From positions 192,001 to 256,000 of IMG/VR virus record IMGVR_UViG_3300021431_000075: a stretch of DNA of 64,000 nucleotides; one strand, given 5' to 3'. Made by a program: the position numbers and the translations under genes. The stretch comes from a virus. Taxonomy: Duplodnaviria > Caudoviricetes. Position 1 is the first letter of the stretch. The number at the start of each line of letters is the position of its first letter. A model generated the notes under the pieces. That model saw only the letters and a program-made list of their open reading frames with translations. It was not told the DNA's origin and searched no databases. Shown one piece after another: positions 18,767 through 29,827 of the stretch.

Positions 18767-20956
18767 TTATATAATGCTTGTGAAATTTCCAGAGTAGTCA
18801 ACAAACGCCGCAGGACCCACTCTTACAATGCTGTCCCTATCTGCCACAGGCCGGAACCTTGTCCATTCAGAAAGCAGTTGCCTTCCGTCAGCGTCGAACA
18901 GGTTGTACAGCATGGACTTGTTATCGTCGTCAAAAATCTCTACAACGACCAGCTTGTCCGGAACGACTGTGTATATCCGGTTCAACTTCTTTCTTTCCTT
19001 TCCGAACAACAGCACACCATTGCAAGTCAGCACGTTGTTAGTATTCACGACCACGAACCCGCTCTGCATCTTTCCGGATCGATCAAGCCAAGAATCAGAA
19101 ACAAAACTTCCATCCGGCCTGATATAATTGATTTTTTCATCCCCGTGCTCATCCTTCATCTTCACTTTCGCATATCCGCCGATAAAATGTTCACAATCGG
19201 TCAGGTTGTCAACAATAACACCGCCGCCCCACTTGGCAACCGTGCGCATTCCGTATAGTATATTACTATAGCAAACACAATCATAACCGATATATTTCAC
19301 AAAGGGCTTATAGTCATCCACGCACTTCTTTCCATCATCAGAAACAAGATTGTACATGTTCCTGTTGTCAGTTCCGCTACCGATACTCGTCACCAAATAG
19401 AAAGTCTTGTTGAAATCCTTGCTATACACCTCACGATCAACGTCATCGAACATCTCGCCGTCAAAGAGAACCTTGTTCGTACCAGCATCCATAAACTGCC
19501 ACATGTCATATCCGTTGGACTGTCTCTTCTCGAAAGCAAAGACTCCGTTCTGCGGATAGCCGCACACGTTCTTGAACCACTCCTTCGACACGAGGCTTCC
19601 GTCCGCCCTCATGAAATTATAGAGACCGTCATTGTTGCTCAACTTCGCGAACCCATTCGCCATATTTCTGGACGATTTCGAAACCCACTCGTCCAGAAGA
19701 AGGTTGCCGTCCACGTCAGCATAGTTGCTGACAAAACCGAGATTGTTAGAAGAACCGTCATGCTTGTAGACATGCATGATGCCGTTGTCTCCGATTTCGA
19801 CGAGGTCGTACCAAGTGCTCCACCTCAGGACGCCCTTGTTGTCGATGATGTTCTTTTTATCGTTGTACCCGACAACCGCATATCCGTTCTTAAAATCGGA
19901 AGCATATGAAAACTGCTTTCCGCCAAGTACGTTTCCGTCCTTGTCAAAGAAAGACCAAACGCCGGGCCTGATATTCACCCACACATATCCGTCGTTGAAG
20001 CAAAATCCGCATCCGATACAGTTCTTTCCCAAAAGCAGCGAGCCGTCCTTCCTGATGAAGTTATATGATTCGGAGAAAAATGATATGCGCATAAGACCGT
20101 TGTCGAGGAACCTGCCCCATATAAACTGCCTGATGCTGTTGCACGGATATCTGCCCAGCACTTCCCCTTCCGAAGAAAGCAGCATCGCTGCAAGACTATC
20201 AACAGATTCGCCGAAAGTCAATGCCATATACCTGCTTCCCTCGTCATCATCGGCTTTCATGAGACCTATCATGCCGGCGGTCCTGACAAACTTGCCAGCA
20301 AACGACTCACAAACATCCCGGTCCAGATTTCCGCCATAATCACCAGCATAGAACAGCCACTTGTGCCTGAACATATCCTTCTGTACTTTCTGGAAATCTA
20401 TGTCGCCGACATCATCACTATCAAGACTTCCCACATAGCGGCGGATGACACAGAACTGCATGACCGCAGAGTCGTCAACCAGCTTGTCAACAACAAGACG
20501 AACTCCGGCATGCAAATCACAAAGACCGCCGAGAACAAGAGCATGAATCAGACTCGCGCAAACCGTTCCGAAAGAGTCTCCGCGCGCATCAGAGTTGTCA
20601 AGCCAGATGTCCATCGCGAACGTCGAGGAACCCCTCTTCTTATCCTTGTTCTCCATAAAGCACTTCGAATAAGTCTTGAGAATATCAAACCGAGATATAG
20701 ACTCAATCTTCTTATAGAACTTCCACGACTTGACAAAACCCTTTCCTCGCATCCTCTGAAGCCCGGATTCCATCAACTCGAAGAATATGTTCTTAATCAT
20801 CTGCGTTGTAAAAGAATGAATAGAATAAGTATTGAAGTCGAAAGTGAACCTGAAGCACACGTTGTCTGCAAATTCATTCTCATCAACATCAAGCACTTCG
20901 TCGCTGCCGATGTTGTCAAGCAGAGACTCGTTCAGATATATCGGTAACTTTTCCAT
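18767..20956 (-). CDS. WG-repeat protein, paralog 2 of 8
   Basis: LNESLLD N-terminus, WG-like repeats, shared C-terminus YNLFDADG..LL.EWT.F...VGP..VDYSG. Confidence 0.85.
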   Translation of the reverse strand: MEKLPIYLNESLLDNIGSDEVLDVDENEFADNVCFRFTFDFNTYSIHSFTTQMIKNIFFELMESGLQRMRGKGFVKSWKFYKKIESISRFDILKTYSKCFMENKDKKRGSSTFAMDIWLDNSDARGDSFGTVCASLIHALVLGGLCDLHAGVRLVVDKLVDDSAVMQFCVIRRYVGSLDSDDVGDIDFQKVQKDMFRHKWLFYAGDYGGNLDRDVCESFAGKFVRTAGMIGLMKADDDEGSRYMALTFGESVDSLAAMLLSSEGEVLGRYPCNSIRQFIWGRFLDNGLMRISFFSESYNFIRKDGSLLLGKNCIGCGFCFNDGYVWVNIRPGVWSFFDKDGNVLGGKQFSYASDFKNGYAVVGYNDKKNIIDNKGVLRWSTWYDLVEIGDNGIMHVYKHDGSSNNLGFVSNYADVDGNLLLDEWVSKSSRNMANGFAKLSNNDGLYNFMRADGSLVSKEWFKNVCGYPQNGVFAFEKRQSNGYDMWQFMDAGTNKVLFDGEMFDDVDREVYSKDFNKTFYLVTSIGSGTDNRNMYNLVSDDGKKCVDDYKPFVKYIGYDCVCYSNILYGMRTVAKWGGGVIVDNLTDCEHFIGGYAKVKMKDEHGDEKINYIRPDGSFVSDSWLDRSGKMQSGFVVVNTNNVLTCNGVLLFGKERKKLNRIYTVVPDKLVVVEIFDDDNKSMLYNLFDADGRQLLSEWTRFRPVADRDSIVRVGPAAFVDYSGNFTSII

Positions 20957-20973
20957 CTCTTGTCTAATTCACA

Positions 20974-23133
20974 TTATATCAAGCATGCGATCTCACCAGA
21001 GCAGTCAACATAAGCACCAGCGCCGACCCTTATGATTCCGGACTTGTCAGCAGCAATCCAGAAATTCGTCCATTTGTCAAGCAACTGGTCACCTTCGCAG
21101 TCGAATATGTTGTACAGTCGACCCTTTTTGACTTCCTTCTCCACAATGACAACCTTGTCCGGGACAACCGCCTGCACCCTTTTCAATATGCCGTCGCAAC
21201 CGTCAAGCAGAAGTTTGCCGTTACTGCACAGCACGTTGTATTCCAGTTTTCCGGACTGCGCATAATTCACTATGCAAAAACCGTCATTCAACGTTTCTTC
21301 TGTATACAAGAACCACTTATCCGACACAAGCCGGCATTCCTTGTCGATAAAGTTGTACTCGATGTCCCCGACGCCCTTTCTGCGTCGCTCAACCCTTGCA
21401 TATCCTCTTTTGTAACATCCGATATTCTTGATGTTCTCAAGCATCACGTCGCCGCCCCATTTAGCGACCATCGTCGGAGACGTCTCATACATCCTTGCGG
21501 CAACCATGCCGTTTCCAATATCCTGCATATACTCAAACATACCGTCCATAGCCTTGACACCGTCCTTCGAAATCAAGTTCATGGCAAAAGACCGGCTTCT
21601 TCTTTTATCGCCATCATGCAAAGTATAATTTTCAACAGTATAGTTATCTTCACCCACGCCCAAGTGAACATTGTCAAACTCCTCTCCGCCGAACAGAGGC
21701 TCCAGCGTATCCACGTCCATAAACCTCCACTTATCATCAGGCGCATATTTGTACGCTATCACGCCACGTTCCGGACAGCCGAGAACTTGCGCGAACCATC
21801 GTCTGGACAAAAGATTTCCATCTTGCTTCAGATAGTTGTAAGCATCCCTTCTCTTATCCCAAAGCAATGCGAAACCGTCCTCCATAGGCTCGCAATCATA
21901 GTCAACCCATTTTCTCATAATCGTCTTGCCGTCCATGTCTATGTAATTATACAACGAATCGCCTTTGACTTTCTTTCCAACTCTGAATATCATACCAGAA
22001 GTTCCTGTTCCGGGTTCTATATCTTCATACCACTTTCTAAAGATGGTCTTTCCGCTCGTGTCGATGACGTTTTCCTTGCCATTGTCGTTGACCACGGACA
22101 ATCCGCCATCAAACTCGCTCATATGGCTAAACCATTTATTACATAGAATATTTCCGGCGGCATCAACCATGTTGTTGTGCGAGTTGCCGTCTTCAACCAG
22201 CGCGTATCCGTCTGAGAAAGTCTTGCTACACTCGTTATAATCCCTATCCGACAACAGGGTTCCGTCCTTGCGGATAAAATTATATAAACATCTTTCGAAT
22301 TTCACATATAGCAAGCCGTTGTCAAGAAACTTCGGACCGTAATCAATTTCGTCCAGATTCCCAGGATAAGATGCAATCATTCTGCCGTCCCGTCCGAACA
22401 TATAAAATTTATCATTATTGTTCATATCATAATGCAATAGCGCGAACAGCACTATGTATATGCCAGTCTCATCATCGACCGCCGACATCAATCCTGAGGA
22501 AGAAGCTGTCCTAACAAAGCCGCCGGCAAATGAAACGCATGCGCTCCGGTCAATATTCATGTCATCTTTTCCCGCATAAAAATACCATTCCTTGTTTTCA
22601 AAATACACGCACCGGATTTCATCTGTTTCGCTACCGTTCTCGAATCTTGTCAATCCGAGCCTTACCCCATAATCCCCCGACATGATGCCACTTGACTTAA
22701 ATGAAAATAACAGCACTCCGCTAACATATCCAAGCACATCCTCACTGAACGAACGACTGTCAAAAACAACATGCACGGAAAATGTGTCTGTATTCTTGTA
22801 GTATTTCTTTGCAGGTTGATAATTATGCATGTACCTTGAAAACCTATCAATAAAATTCGAAAGAGCGGACGAGCCGAACTTATTGTCAACCTTCTTGATG
22901 CAAGTCCACGACCTGACAACTCCCTTCCTCGCCATTGTTGCAAGCACAGGCTCTATGACCGTGTCGAAGAACATGCTCTTGACATTCAAAATGTCACTTC
23001 TGAAATTGAACGAGAACTTATACTCGACTACGTTTCCGTTGTCAAAATCGTCATTGTCGTCAGTCACCTCGTCTATGCCGATGCCGTCAAGCAGGGACTC
23101 GTTCAAATATGCGCTATATGGATAATCTCTCAT
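20974..23133 (-). CDS. WG-repeat protein, paralog 3 of 8
   Basis: Same architecture as the neighbouring paralogs. Confidence 0.85.
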   Translation of the reverse strand: MRDYPYSAYLNESLLDGIGIDEVTDDNDDFDNGNVVEYKFSFNFRSDILNVKSMFFDTVIEPVLATMARKGVVRSWTCIKKVDNKFGSSALSNFIDRFSRYMHNYQPAKKYYKNTDTFSVHVVFDSRSFSEDVLGYVSGVLLFSFKSSGIMSGDYGVRLGLTRFENGSETDEIRCVYFENKEWYFYAGKDDMNIDRSACVSFAGGFVRTASSSGLMSAVDDETGIYIVLFALLHYDMNNNDKFYMFGRDGRMIASYPGNLDEIDYGPKFLDNGLLYVKFERCLYNFIRKDGTLLSDRDYNECSKTFSDGYALVEDGNSHNNMVDAAGNILCNKWFSHMSEFDGGLSVVNDNGKENVIDTSGKTIFRKWYEDIEPGTGTSGMIFRVGKKVKGDSLYNYIDMDGKTIMRKWVDYDCEPMEDGFALLWDKRRDAYNYLKQDGNLLSRRWFAQVLGCPERGVIAYKYAPDDKWRFMDVDTLEPLFGGEEFDNVHLGVGEDNYTVENYTLHDGDKRRSRSFAMNLISKDGVKAMDGMFEYMQDIGNGMVAARMYETSPTMVAKWGGDVMLENIKNIGCYKRGYARVERRRKGVGDIEYNFIDKECRLVSDKWFLYTEETLNDGFCIVNYAQSGKLEYNVLCSNGKLLLDGCDGILKRVQAVVPDKVVIVEKEVKKGRLYNIFDCEGDQLLDKWTNFWIAADKSGIIRVGAGAYVDCSGEIACLI

Positions 23134-23152
23134 CGCCTTTTCGTCAATTCAA

Positions 23153-25372
23153 TTATATTATGCTTATCGTTTTTCCGGAATAGTCAACATACGAGCACGA
23201 ACCGACCTTTATGATTCCGCTTCCCGCATCGGCTATCCTGAACTTTGTCCACTCGCCAAGCAGCTGCTTTCCGTCAGCATCGAACAGGTTGTACACGACA
23301 TTGCTGCCCCTGTCCATCGCCTTGACAACAACCAGCTCGTCAGCAACCACCGCATATATATGTAGTAGTGCCATCTTCGACGACTTGCAGTCGAATATGA
23401 TGTTTCCGCTCCTGCAAGCCAGCACTCCGACACTGGCGCTGTCCCGAGTCATCCTGACAACAGCGAAGCCGCCGTGCGAGACTTCGTAAACACGTTCGAA
23501 CCAGACACCGGACACGAGTTTTCCGTCCTCTCCTATGAAGTTGTACTTGCCTTCGAGAGATTTCACCTTCGCATAACCATCAGAGAACTCTTCCATACCT
23601 ATGACATTCCTGTCAATGAATACTCCGTTGGAACCCCACTTCAAGAGCATAATCGAACGGCATTCCGCGCTCATCAAGACAGACGCGAATCCGTTGCCCA
23701 TATACTTGACTTGCATGAAGCCGGAACCGCTGCAGCACATGACACCGTCTGCGGAAATCAGGTTGCACAACTTTCTGCCCGGATGTTTCGGATCATTAAG
23801 CGTCACTTCATAGTACATGAATCCGTCTTTCCCGCTCTTGGTACACACGCTCCAAAAAGCGGTTCCGCCGAACAAGACACTGTTCGTTTCTGAACTCCTG
23901 AACTCCCACATCAACAATCCGTCTTCATGCTGGACGAGAGCGGCAAATACTCCATGTTCAGGCCATCCGCACACGCCTTTGAACCAGTCTTCAGACACAA
24001 TGCTTCCGTCAGACCTCATGTAGTTGTAAACTTTATATGTTCCATCAGACTTGCACAACTTCGCGAAACCGTTCTTCATCACATCGCAGTCTCCGAGAAT
24101 AAACTTGTCAAGAAGGAGTTTGCCGCTACGGTCAATGAAATTGCACCCGCGTCTGTCGCTGTCATTGCCGATATCTACCACCAGCGCGACGTCACGCCTG
24201 CAACTGACTCCCGGTTCGGGAGAATCATAACTGATACTGTCATACCACTCTCTGGAAATGAACTTGCCGCTCGTGTCAACAACGTTCATCTTCATTTTCG
24301 AGTCGGTTGAACCGCTGCCGAACAGTCTGGTCACCAGAGCGAGTCCGTCCACGAAGTTGCCGACATGCCAGCACCACTCGTCAAGCAGCGTGTTTCCGTC
24401 ACTGTCTATCAGGTTGTACTCGTTCAACACACCTCCAGTTTTCCGGCTGACAGCGGCATAGCCGTCAGGAAAGCTCTCCGAACCGCTGGCAAGATTCCCC
24501 TCAATCAACATGCTCCCGTCCATCTTCAGGTAGTTCACCCTGTTCTCTTCCAGCTTCACGTACATCAGTCCGTTGTCAAGGTACCTCCCGTTCTTTGCAT
24601 TGTAAAGCTCGACCATGTACTGCTCGAGAACATTGCCGCCGGAATCGATGACGAACATGTTCTCGTCGCCCGTGTTCTTTCCGAACGAGTATGCAACATA
24701 CCGGCTCGCATTGTCATCCACAGATTCCATGATTCCGAGCGTCCTTGCAATCCTGACGAAGCATCCAGCAAGCCTCGAACTGCCGAAGTTCTCGTTGTTT
24801 CCGTCCTCTCCGCAATGGAAGATCCACCTGTTACCAGAATCATAGAACACGCAGTAGTTATATTGATGCGAAGAATTGTCATTGTCCGTCTTCCAGAATG
24901 CCATCCTCACGAAACCGTTGTCCGAGACGCCGCTTGCAATGACATACTGCATCATGCGCGCTGCAATCTCGCAAAGGCACTCGGCATTCTCATCATCCGT
25001 CGGAACACAGACGCGAACAGACCGGACTACCGCCTTCCTGTTGTATGCTGCTTTCGCAGACATGCCGTAAATCCGTTCCGCATACGCGTCGATGAGCGGA
25101 AACTCATCCTGAACGTAATTCATATCGTCCAAAGACCATGAACCGACATTCCCTCTTGACCTCAGCATATCAAGAACAGGCTCCATGCAGGTGCCGAAGA
25201 ATATGTTATTGACAGCATGGGTTCCATACTCGCTCTTGGAGTTGAAATGGAACATGAACCTGTACTCGGCAGTCCGTTCATGACCGTTCGATTCGTCATT
25301 CACCTCGTCGGTCTCCACCTTGTCAAGCAGGGTCTCGTTCAGCGCGTATATGTCATTCAAAAACCTTCTCAT
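23153..25372 (-). CDS. WG-repeat protein, paralog 4 of 8
   Basis: Same architecture as the neighbouring paralogs. Confidence 0.85.
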   Translation of the reverse strand: MRRFLNDIYALNETLLDKVETDEVNDESNGHERTAEYRFMFHFNSKSEYGTHAVNNIFFGTCMEPVLDMLRSRGNVGSWSLDDMNYVQDEFPLIDAYAERIYGMSAKAAYNRKAVVRSVRVCVPTDDENAECLCEIAARMMQYVIASGVSDNGFVRMAFWKTDNDNSSHQYNYCVFYDSGNRWIFHCGEDGNNENFGSSRLAGCFVRIARTLGIMESVDDNASRYVAYSFGKNTGDENMFVIDSGGNVLEQYMVELYNAKNGRYLDNGLMYVKLEENRVNYLKMDGSMLIEGNLASGSESFPDGYAAVSRKTGGVLNEYNLIDSDGNTLLDEWCWHVGNFVDGLALVTRLFGSGSTDSKMKMNVVDTSGKFISREWYDSISYDSPEPGVSCRRDVALVVDIGNDSDRRGCNFIDRSGKLLLDKFILGDCDVMKNGFAKLCKSDGTYKVYNYMRSDGSIVSEDWFKGVCGWPEHGVFAALVQHEDGLLMWEFRSSETNSVLFGGTAFWSVCTKSGKDGFMYYEVTLNDPKHPGRKLCNLISADGVMCCSGSGFMQVKYMGNGFASVLMSAECRSIMLLKWGSNGVFIDRNVIGMEEFSDGYAKVKSLEGKYNFIGEDGKLVSGVWFERVYEVSHGGFAVVRMTRDSASVGVLACRSGNIIFDCKSSKMALLHIYAVVADELVVVKAMDRGSNVVYNLFDADGKQLLGEWTKFRIADAGSGIIKVGSCSYVDYSGKTISII

Positions 25373-25385
25373 TTCGCATATTCGA

Positions 25386-27647
25386 TTATATCAGACCGGC
25401 TATCTTGCCGGAACGGTCAACATATGAGCACGGACCGACCTTCAGCAGTCCGCTCCTGTCAAGAGCGATACGGAACGCGGTCCACTCGTCAAGCAGCTGC
25501 TTTCCGTCAGCGTCGAACAGGTTGTACTTCTTGTCACCCTTTTCATCCGCGCACTCGACAACGACCAGCTCGTCCGGAACGGCTTCATACAGCCGAATCA
25601 GATTCAAGCCAGAACCGGCCAATCTGGAACCGTTCGTGCCGAACACGCGCTTTCCGGTCTTGCAGACAAGAACATCCGACACATTGTCATTCTTGACGGC
25701 GACAAAGCCGCCTCTCATGTATGTGCTTATGTTTTCGAACCAGATGTCTGAAACAAGATTGCCGTCCCTGTCTATGATATTCTCTTTCATGTCTCCGGAC
25801 GACACGACCCGCGCGTATCCGTATTCGTCAAACCTGTTTATGAACGAGACCTGCATGCCGAGATCAACCGGTCCGGCTCCCCACTTCCACAGCACCGTGT
25901 CTCCGGACCGCAACTGGACAGAAGCGAACCCGTTCCCGACATACTGTATTCTGGTGGCGTCATCCATGCCGCAGCACGCCTTGCCGTCAGCGGAAACCAT
26001 GTTCTGAAAAGTCTTCATGGAATACCCGTTCTGATAGCCGTGAAACGTCCACGTCCCGTTCTCTTTCGAATATATATGGTCGACATGGTACATCTTGGCG
26101 CCGTCATCCGCTTCGATGACATCAAGCTTGCCGAACTTGTATCCCTCAAGCACCGTCCTGCCGGTCTCCGTTTCCATGAACCGCCACTCGTCACAGCCTC
26201 TAACGAAAGCGAATACTCCGCACTCGGGCCAGCCGCACACGTCATCGAACCACTCTTCCGAAACAAAACTTCCGTCCTCCCTTATGTAGTTGTATGTTTT
26301 TGTTCCGTCCTCGTTTATGCACACGCTGGCGAACCCGTTCGACATGCAACCGCAGCCGCCATTGAACCATTCCTTAAAGAGCATCTTTCCACTCCTGTCC
26401 ACATAGTTGTACTCCCAACAATTGGACAGGCTGTCATACCTTCCGACCTTCGCGACATCGCGCTTCCGGTTCGGATTCACGGCTCTCTTCCTGTTTGCAG
26501 AATCATCGAACGCGACATACTCGTACCAGTCGTCAAGAATCGGCTTTCCGCTCCTGTCTATGATATTGCTATTGCATATCTTGCGTTCATCGTCGTATCT
26601 GGTTATCACGGAAAGACCGTCAACGAAGTTCTCCGCGCCCAAAATCCAGTCTCCAAGCAAAGAATTGCCATCCTTGTCTATCAACTTGGCACTCGTCGTA
26701 CCTGACTTGTTCTTTATCCGGATCGAGATGAATCCCTCCGAGAAACTGTCCTCGCATTCGTCAAACATATAGTCCAGCAGGAAAGTTCCGTCCATCTTCA
26801 GGAAATTCATCTCTCTGTTAAAGTTCATGTACATAGACACTGCCATCAGTCCGTTCTCATCGAATCTTCCGAACTTCGAGTCTGTTATGCCGGCTTCATG
26901 CTCGAACAGCAATCCGCCGGAAGAGTCAAACATGTACATCCTTTGCTGCGAAGCCATCCTGCTGAAACCGTATGCCACATACCTGCTTCCGGCGTCGTCG
27001 ACCGGCTCGATGATTCCCATGCGACCCGCAATCCTGATGAAGCTTCCGGCGAACTTCACGCAGCCCTTTTCGAGGTTGTACCCTTTCCGACCGCAATGGA
27101 ACACCCATTTCGCACCGTCGTCGCAGAACACGCAGCAAACGTTATCATCGCCGATTTTCCAGAAAGCCATCCGGACCCCGCCCTCCGTGCATATCCCGCC
27201 CGCCATGACTGACCGCATCATATGCGCGGCTATGGTCACGAGACCGTCAGCGGTCTCGGAATCCTTCGGGATGCTGACATCGACAGACAGCACGCTCGAA
27301 TCCTTGAACTTCCTCTTCGCGCTCCCGTACATGTCCTTCGAATAGAAGTCGAGGTTCGGAAAGTCGTCAGGCTTGCCGAGCTTCCTGATGAACTTCCAAG
27401 AATCGGCAAGCTCCATGTTCTTCAGTCTGCAGAGCGCCGGCTCCATGCACGTGTCGAAGAACATGCTCTTGACAGCGGCAGCTCCCAGGCCGCTCTTGAA
27501 ATGGAACATGAACCTGTACTCGACAGGACCGTCGATGCTGGCATCCTCGTCATCCCTCACTTCATCATTCTCGACGCTGTCAAGAAGCGACTCGTTCACT
27601 GCGTATATGCCATTCGGAAACTTTCCCATTGCCTGTTTCGTTTTCAT
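25386..27647 (-). CDS. WG-repeat protein, paralog 5 of 8
   Basis: Same architecture as the neighbouring paralogs. Confidence 0.85.
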   Translation of the reverse strand: MKTKQAMGKFPNGIYAVNESLLDSVENDEVRDDEDASIDGPVEYRFMFHFKSGLGAAAVKSMFFDTCMEPALCRLKNMELADSWKFIRKLGKPDDFPNLDFYSKDMYGSAKRKFKDSSVLSVDVSIPKDSETADGLVTIAAHMMRSVMAGGICTEGGVRMAFWKIGDDNVCCVFCDDGAKWVFHCGRKGYNLEKGCVKFAGSFIRIAGRMGIIEPVDDAGSRYVAYGFSRMASQQRMYMFDSSGGLLFEHEAGITDSKFGRFDENGLMAVSMYMNFNREMNFLKMDGTFLLDYMFDECEDSFSEGFISIRIKNKSGTTSAKLIDKDGNSLLGDWILGAENFVDGLSVITRYDDERKICNSNIIDRSGKPILDDWYEYVAFDDSANRKRAVNPNRKRDVAKVGRYDSLSNCWEYNYVDRSGKMLFKEWFNGGCGCMSNGFASVCINEDGTKTYNYIREDGSFVSEEWFDDVCGWPECGVFAFVRGCDEWRFMETETGRTVLEGYKFGKLDVIEADDGAKMYHVDHIYSKENGTWTFHGYQNGYSMKTFQNMVSADGKACCGMDDATRIQYVGNGFASVQLRSGDTVLWKWGAGPVDLGMQVSFINRFDEYGYARVVSSGDMKENIIDRDGNLVSDIWFENISTYMRGGFVAVKNDNVSDVLVCKTGKRVFGTNGSRLAGSGLNLIRLYEAVPDELVVVECADEKGDKKYNLFDADGKQLLDEWTAFRIALDRSGLLKVGPCSYVDRSGKIAGLI

Positions 27648-29809
27648 TATATGATAGTCGCGACCTTTCCGCTGTAGTCGACATAAGAAGCCGGACCGAC
27701 CCTCATCAGCCCGTTATCAAGAGGCATGATGCGGAACTCTGTCCATTTGTCAAGCAGCCGGTTCCCGTCGCAGTCGAACATGTTGTACTTAAGGGTATTG
27801 GAAATCCATGCCTCGACAATGACCAGCCTATCCGGAACCGCGACATATATCTTGTTGATGCCGAGACCCTCCGGACCGAACAGCATCTTCCCTGTCTTGC
27901 AGACAACCACGTTCGCAACCTTGCATTCCCCCTTTCCGGTCCAACACACTGCGAATCCGTCCTTGCAATATCCGATGCCGTCAAACCATTCATCCGAAAC
28001 CTGCTTTCCGTCCTTGCCGACAATATTATGCTTGGAATCCTTTGACGCGACCAGCGTATATTCGCTATCGCCAAACATCGATGCACCTGAAATATTCCTG
28101 TCCAGTCTCACGGGACCTGTTCCCCATTTCCATAGGACGGTGTCTCTTGTGAATTGCTTCCGGACTGTCGCGAAACCGTTCCCTATGTAGCTCACGTCCC
28201 ACGAGTCCGTCTTGTCGCAGCACATCACTCCGTCCGCGGAAATCAGGTTGCTATATCTCTTGCCTCTGACAACATCATAGACTTCCACGTCATAATACTT
28301 GAAACCGTCATTCGCGACCTCGTGGTTAACTTTTCTGAATACCTCACCGCCGAACAGCAGTTTCCCGCTGCCGGTTTTCCTGAACTTCCAGCCGCCTCCC
28401 GGATTGACAAACGCGAACAGCCCGCATTCAGGCCAGCCACAAACCGCACCGAACCACTTTTCTGAAACGAAGCTTCCGTCCTCTCTCATGAAGTTATATC
28501 TGTACCGGTTGTTCTCGAACTCACCCACCGCCGCAAAACCGTTCCTCATGACACCGCAGCCTCCAGACAGCCATTTCCCAAGAAGCAACTCGCCTTTCCT
28601 GTTCACGTAGTTGTACTTCCACGAACCGTCAGCAGACCTGCATATGACTCTTGCAACGGTCCGCCTTCCAGTATTCGCATCATCTTCAAAATCTATGTCC
28701 TTGTACCATTCCGAAAGAACCGGCTTTCCGCTCCTGTCTATGAAGTTCTTGTTGTTCTTGTCGTTGGAATCTGGCATACGCTTCGATATTACCGCAAGAC
28801 CGTCAGAAAAGTTCTCGACATCCGCATACCAGTCTTTCAGCAGCAGGTTCCCGTCCTTGTCAATCAGGTTCGATTCCGAACACCTGTCTTGGTTGAGCCT
28901 TGTCACTCTTGCATACCCCTCGGAGAACGTTTCCGAGCAAGCAAAGAAATCATCAGGCGACAGTTTCGTTCCGTCCATCTTCATGTAATTCTCACGACCT
29001 CTTGAGAATTTGACATACATCAGACCGTTCTCAAGATACTTTCCGTTTTCTGTCCCTGACTCAAGCTCGACCTCGTAATCCGCCAAGCAATTTCCGTCCG
29101 ATGTGATGACGAACATCATCCAGTCCTTGGTCAATTCTCCATAACTGTATGCCACATATCTTGTTCCCGCTTCGTCAACAGGCTCTATTATACCGAGTCT
29201 CTTCGCAATCCTGACGAAGATTTCTGCAAGTTTTCTACACCCCACCGGATACATGGCACCGAATTGTCCGCAATAGAACAGCCACTTGCCGCCTGCGGCA
29301 TAGCACGCGCTGTACACGACGTCGGCATCCGTGTTCCAGAACGCCATTCTAATGTCTTTGCCTGTATTCAATCCGCACATAAGGACAGCCTGCATCAAAT
29401 GCGCCGCTATCGGTACAACCGTTTCTGCGGTTTCCGAAGAAGCGTCTATCCGGACATCTACAGACAACGTGAACGGACTCTTGAACACCTCGTCCGCGCC
29501 AACTCCGTGCAAGCAGTACGAGTACGCGTCGATGTTGGGAAAGTCGCCAAGTTTGCCGAGCTTCTTGTTGAACGACCACGAAACCAGAACACCGCGGCTC
29601 CTCATCCTCTCAAGCGCCGGCTCCATGGCGGAGCCGAAGAACACGTTCTTGACCTGCTTGGATTTCTTGTCGGACTCGAAACTGAACATGAACCTGTACG
29701 TTACTGTCTGTTCAGCACCGGCAGCCTCGTCGTCAACAACCTCGTCCGCATCGACCTTGCCAAGCAAGGACTCGTTCAACATGTATATGTCATTTCCATA
29801 ACTTCTCAT
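27647..29809 (-). CDS. WG-repeat protein, paralog 6 of 8
   Basis: Same architecture as the neighbouring paralogs. Confidence 0.85.
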   Translation of the reverse strand: MRSYGNDIYMLNESLLGKVDADEVVDDEAAGAEQTVTYRFMFSFESDKKSKQVKNVFFGSAMEPALERMRSRGVLVSWSFNKKLGKLGDFPNIDAYSYCLHGVGADEVFKSPFTLSVDVRIDASSETAETVVPIAAHLMQAVLMCGLNTGKDIRMAFWNTDADVVYSACYAAGGKWLFYCGQFGAMYPVGCRKLAEIFVRIAKRLGIIEPVDEAGTRYVAYSYGELTKDWMMFVITSDGNCLADYEVELESGTENGKYLENGLMYVKFSRGRENYMKMDGTKLSPDDFFACSETFSEGYARVTRLNQDRCSESNLIDKDGNLLLKDWYADVENFSDGLAVISKRMPDSNDKNNKNFIDRSGKPVLSEWYKDIDFEDDANTGRRTVARVICRSADGSWKYNYVNRKGELLLGKWLSGGCGVMRNGFAAVGEFENNRYRYNFMREDGSFVSEKWFGAVCGWPECGLFAFVNPGGGWKFRKTGSGKLLFGGEVFRKVNHEVANDGFKYYDVEVYDVVRGKRYSNLISADGVMCCDKTDSWDVSYIGNGFATVRKQFTRDTVLWKWGTGPVRLDRNISGASMFGDSEYTLVASKDSKHNIVGKDGKQVSDEWFDGIGYCKDGFAVCWTGKGECKVANVVVCKTGKMLFGPEGLGINKIYVAVPDRLVIVEAWISNTLKYNMFDCDGNRLLDKWTEFRIMPLDNGLMRVGPASYVDYSGKVATII

Positions 29810-29827
29810 CTTTCCATATCGTCTCGA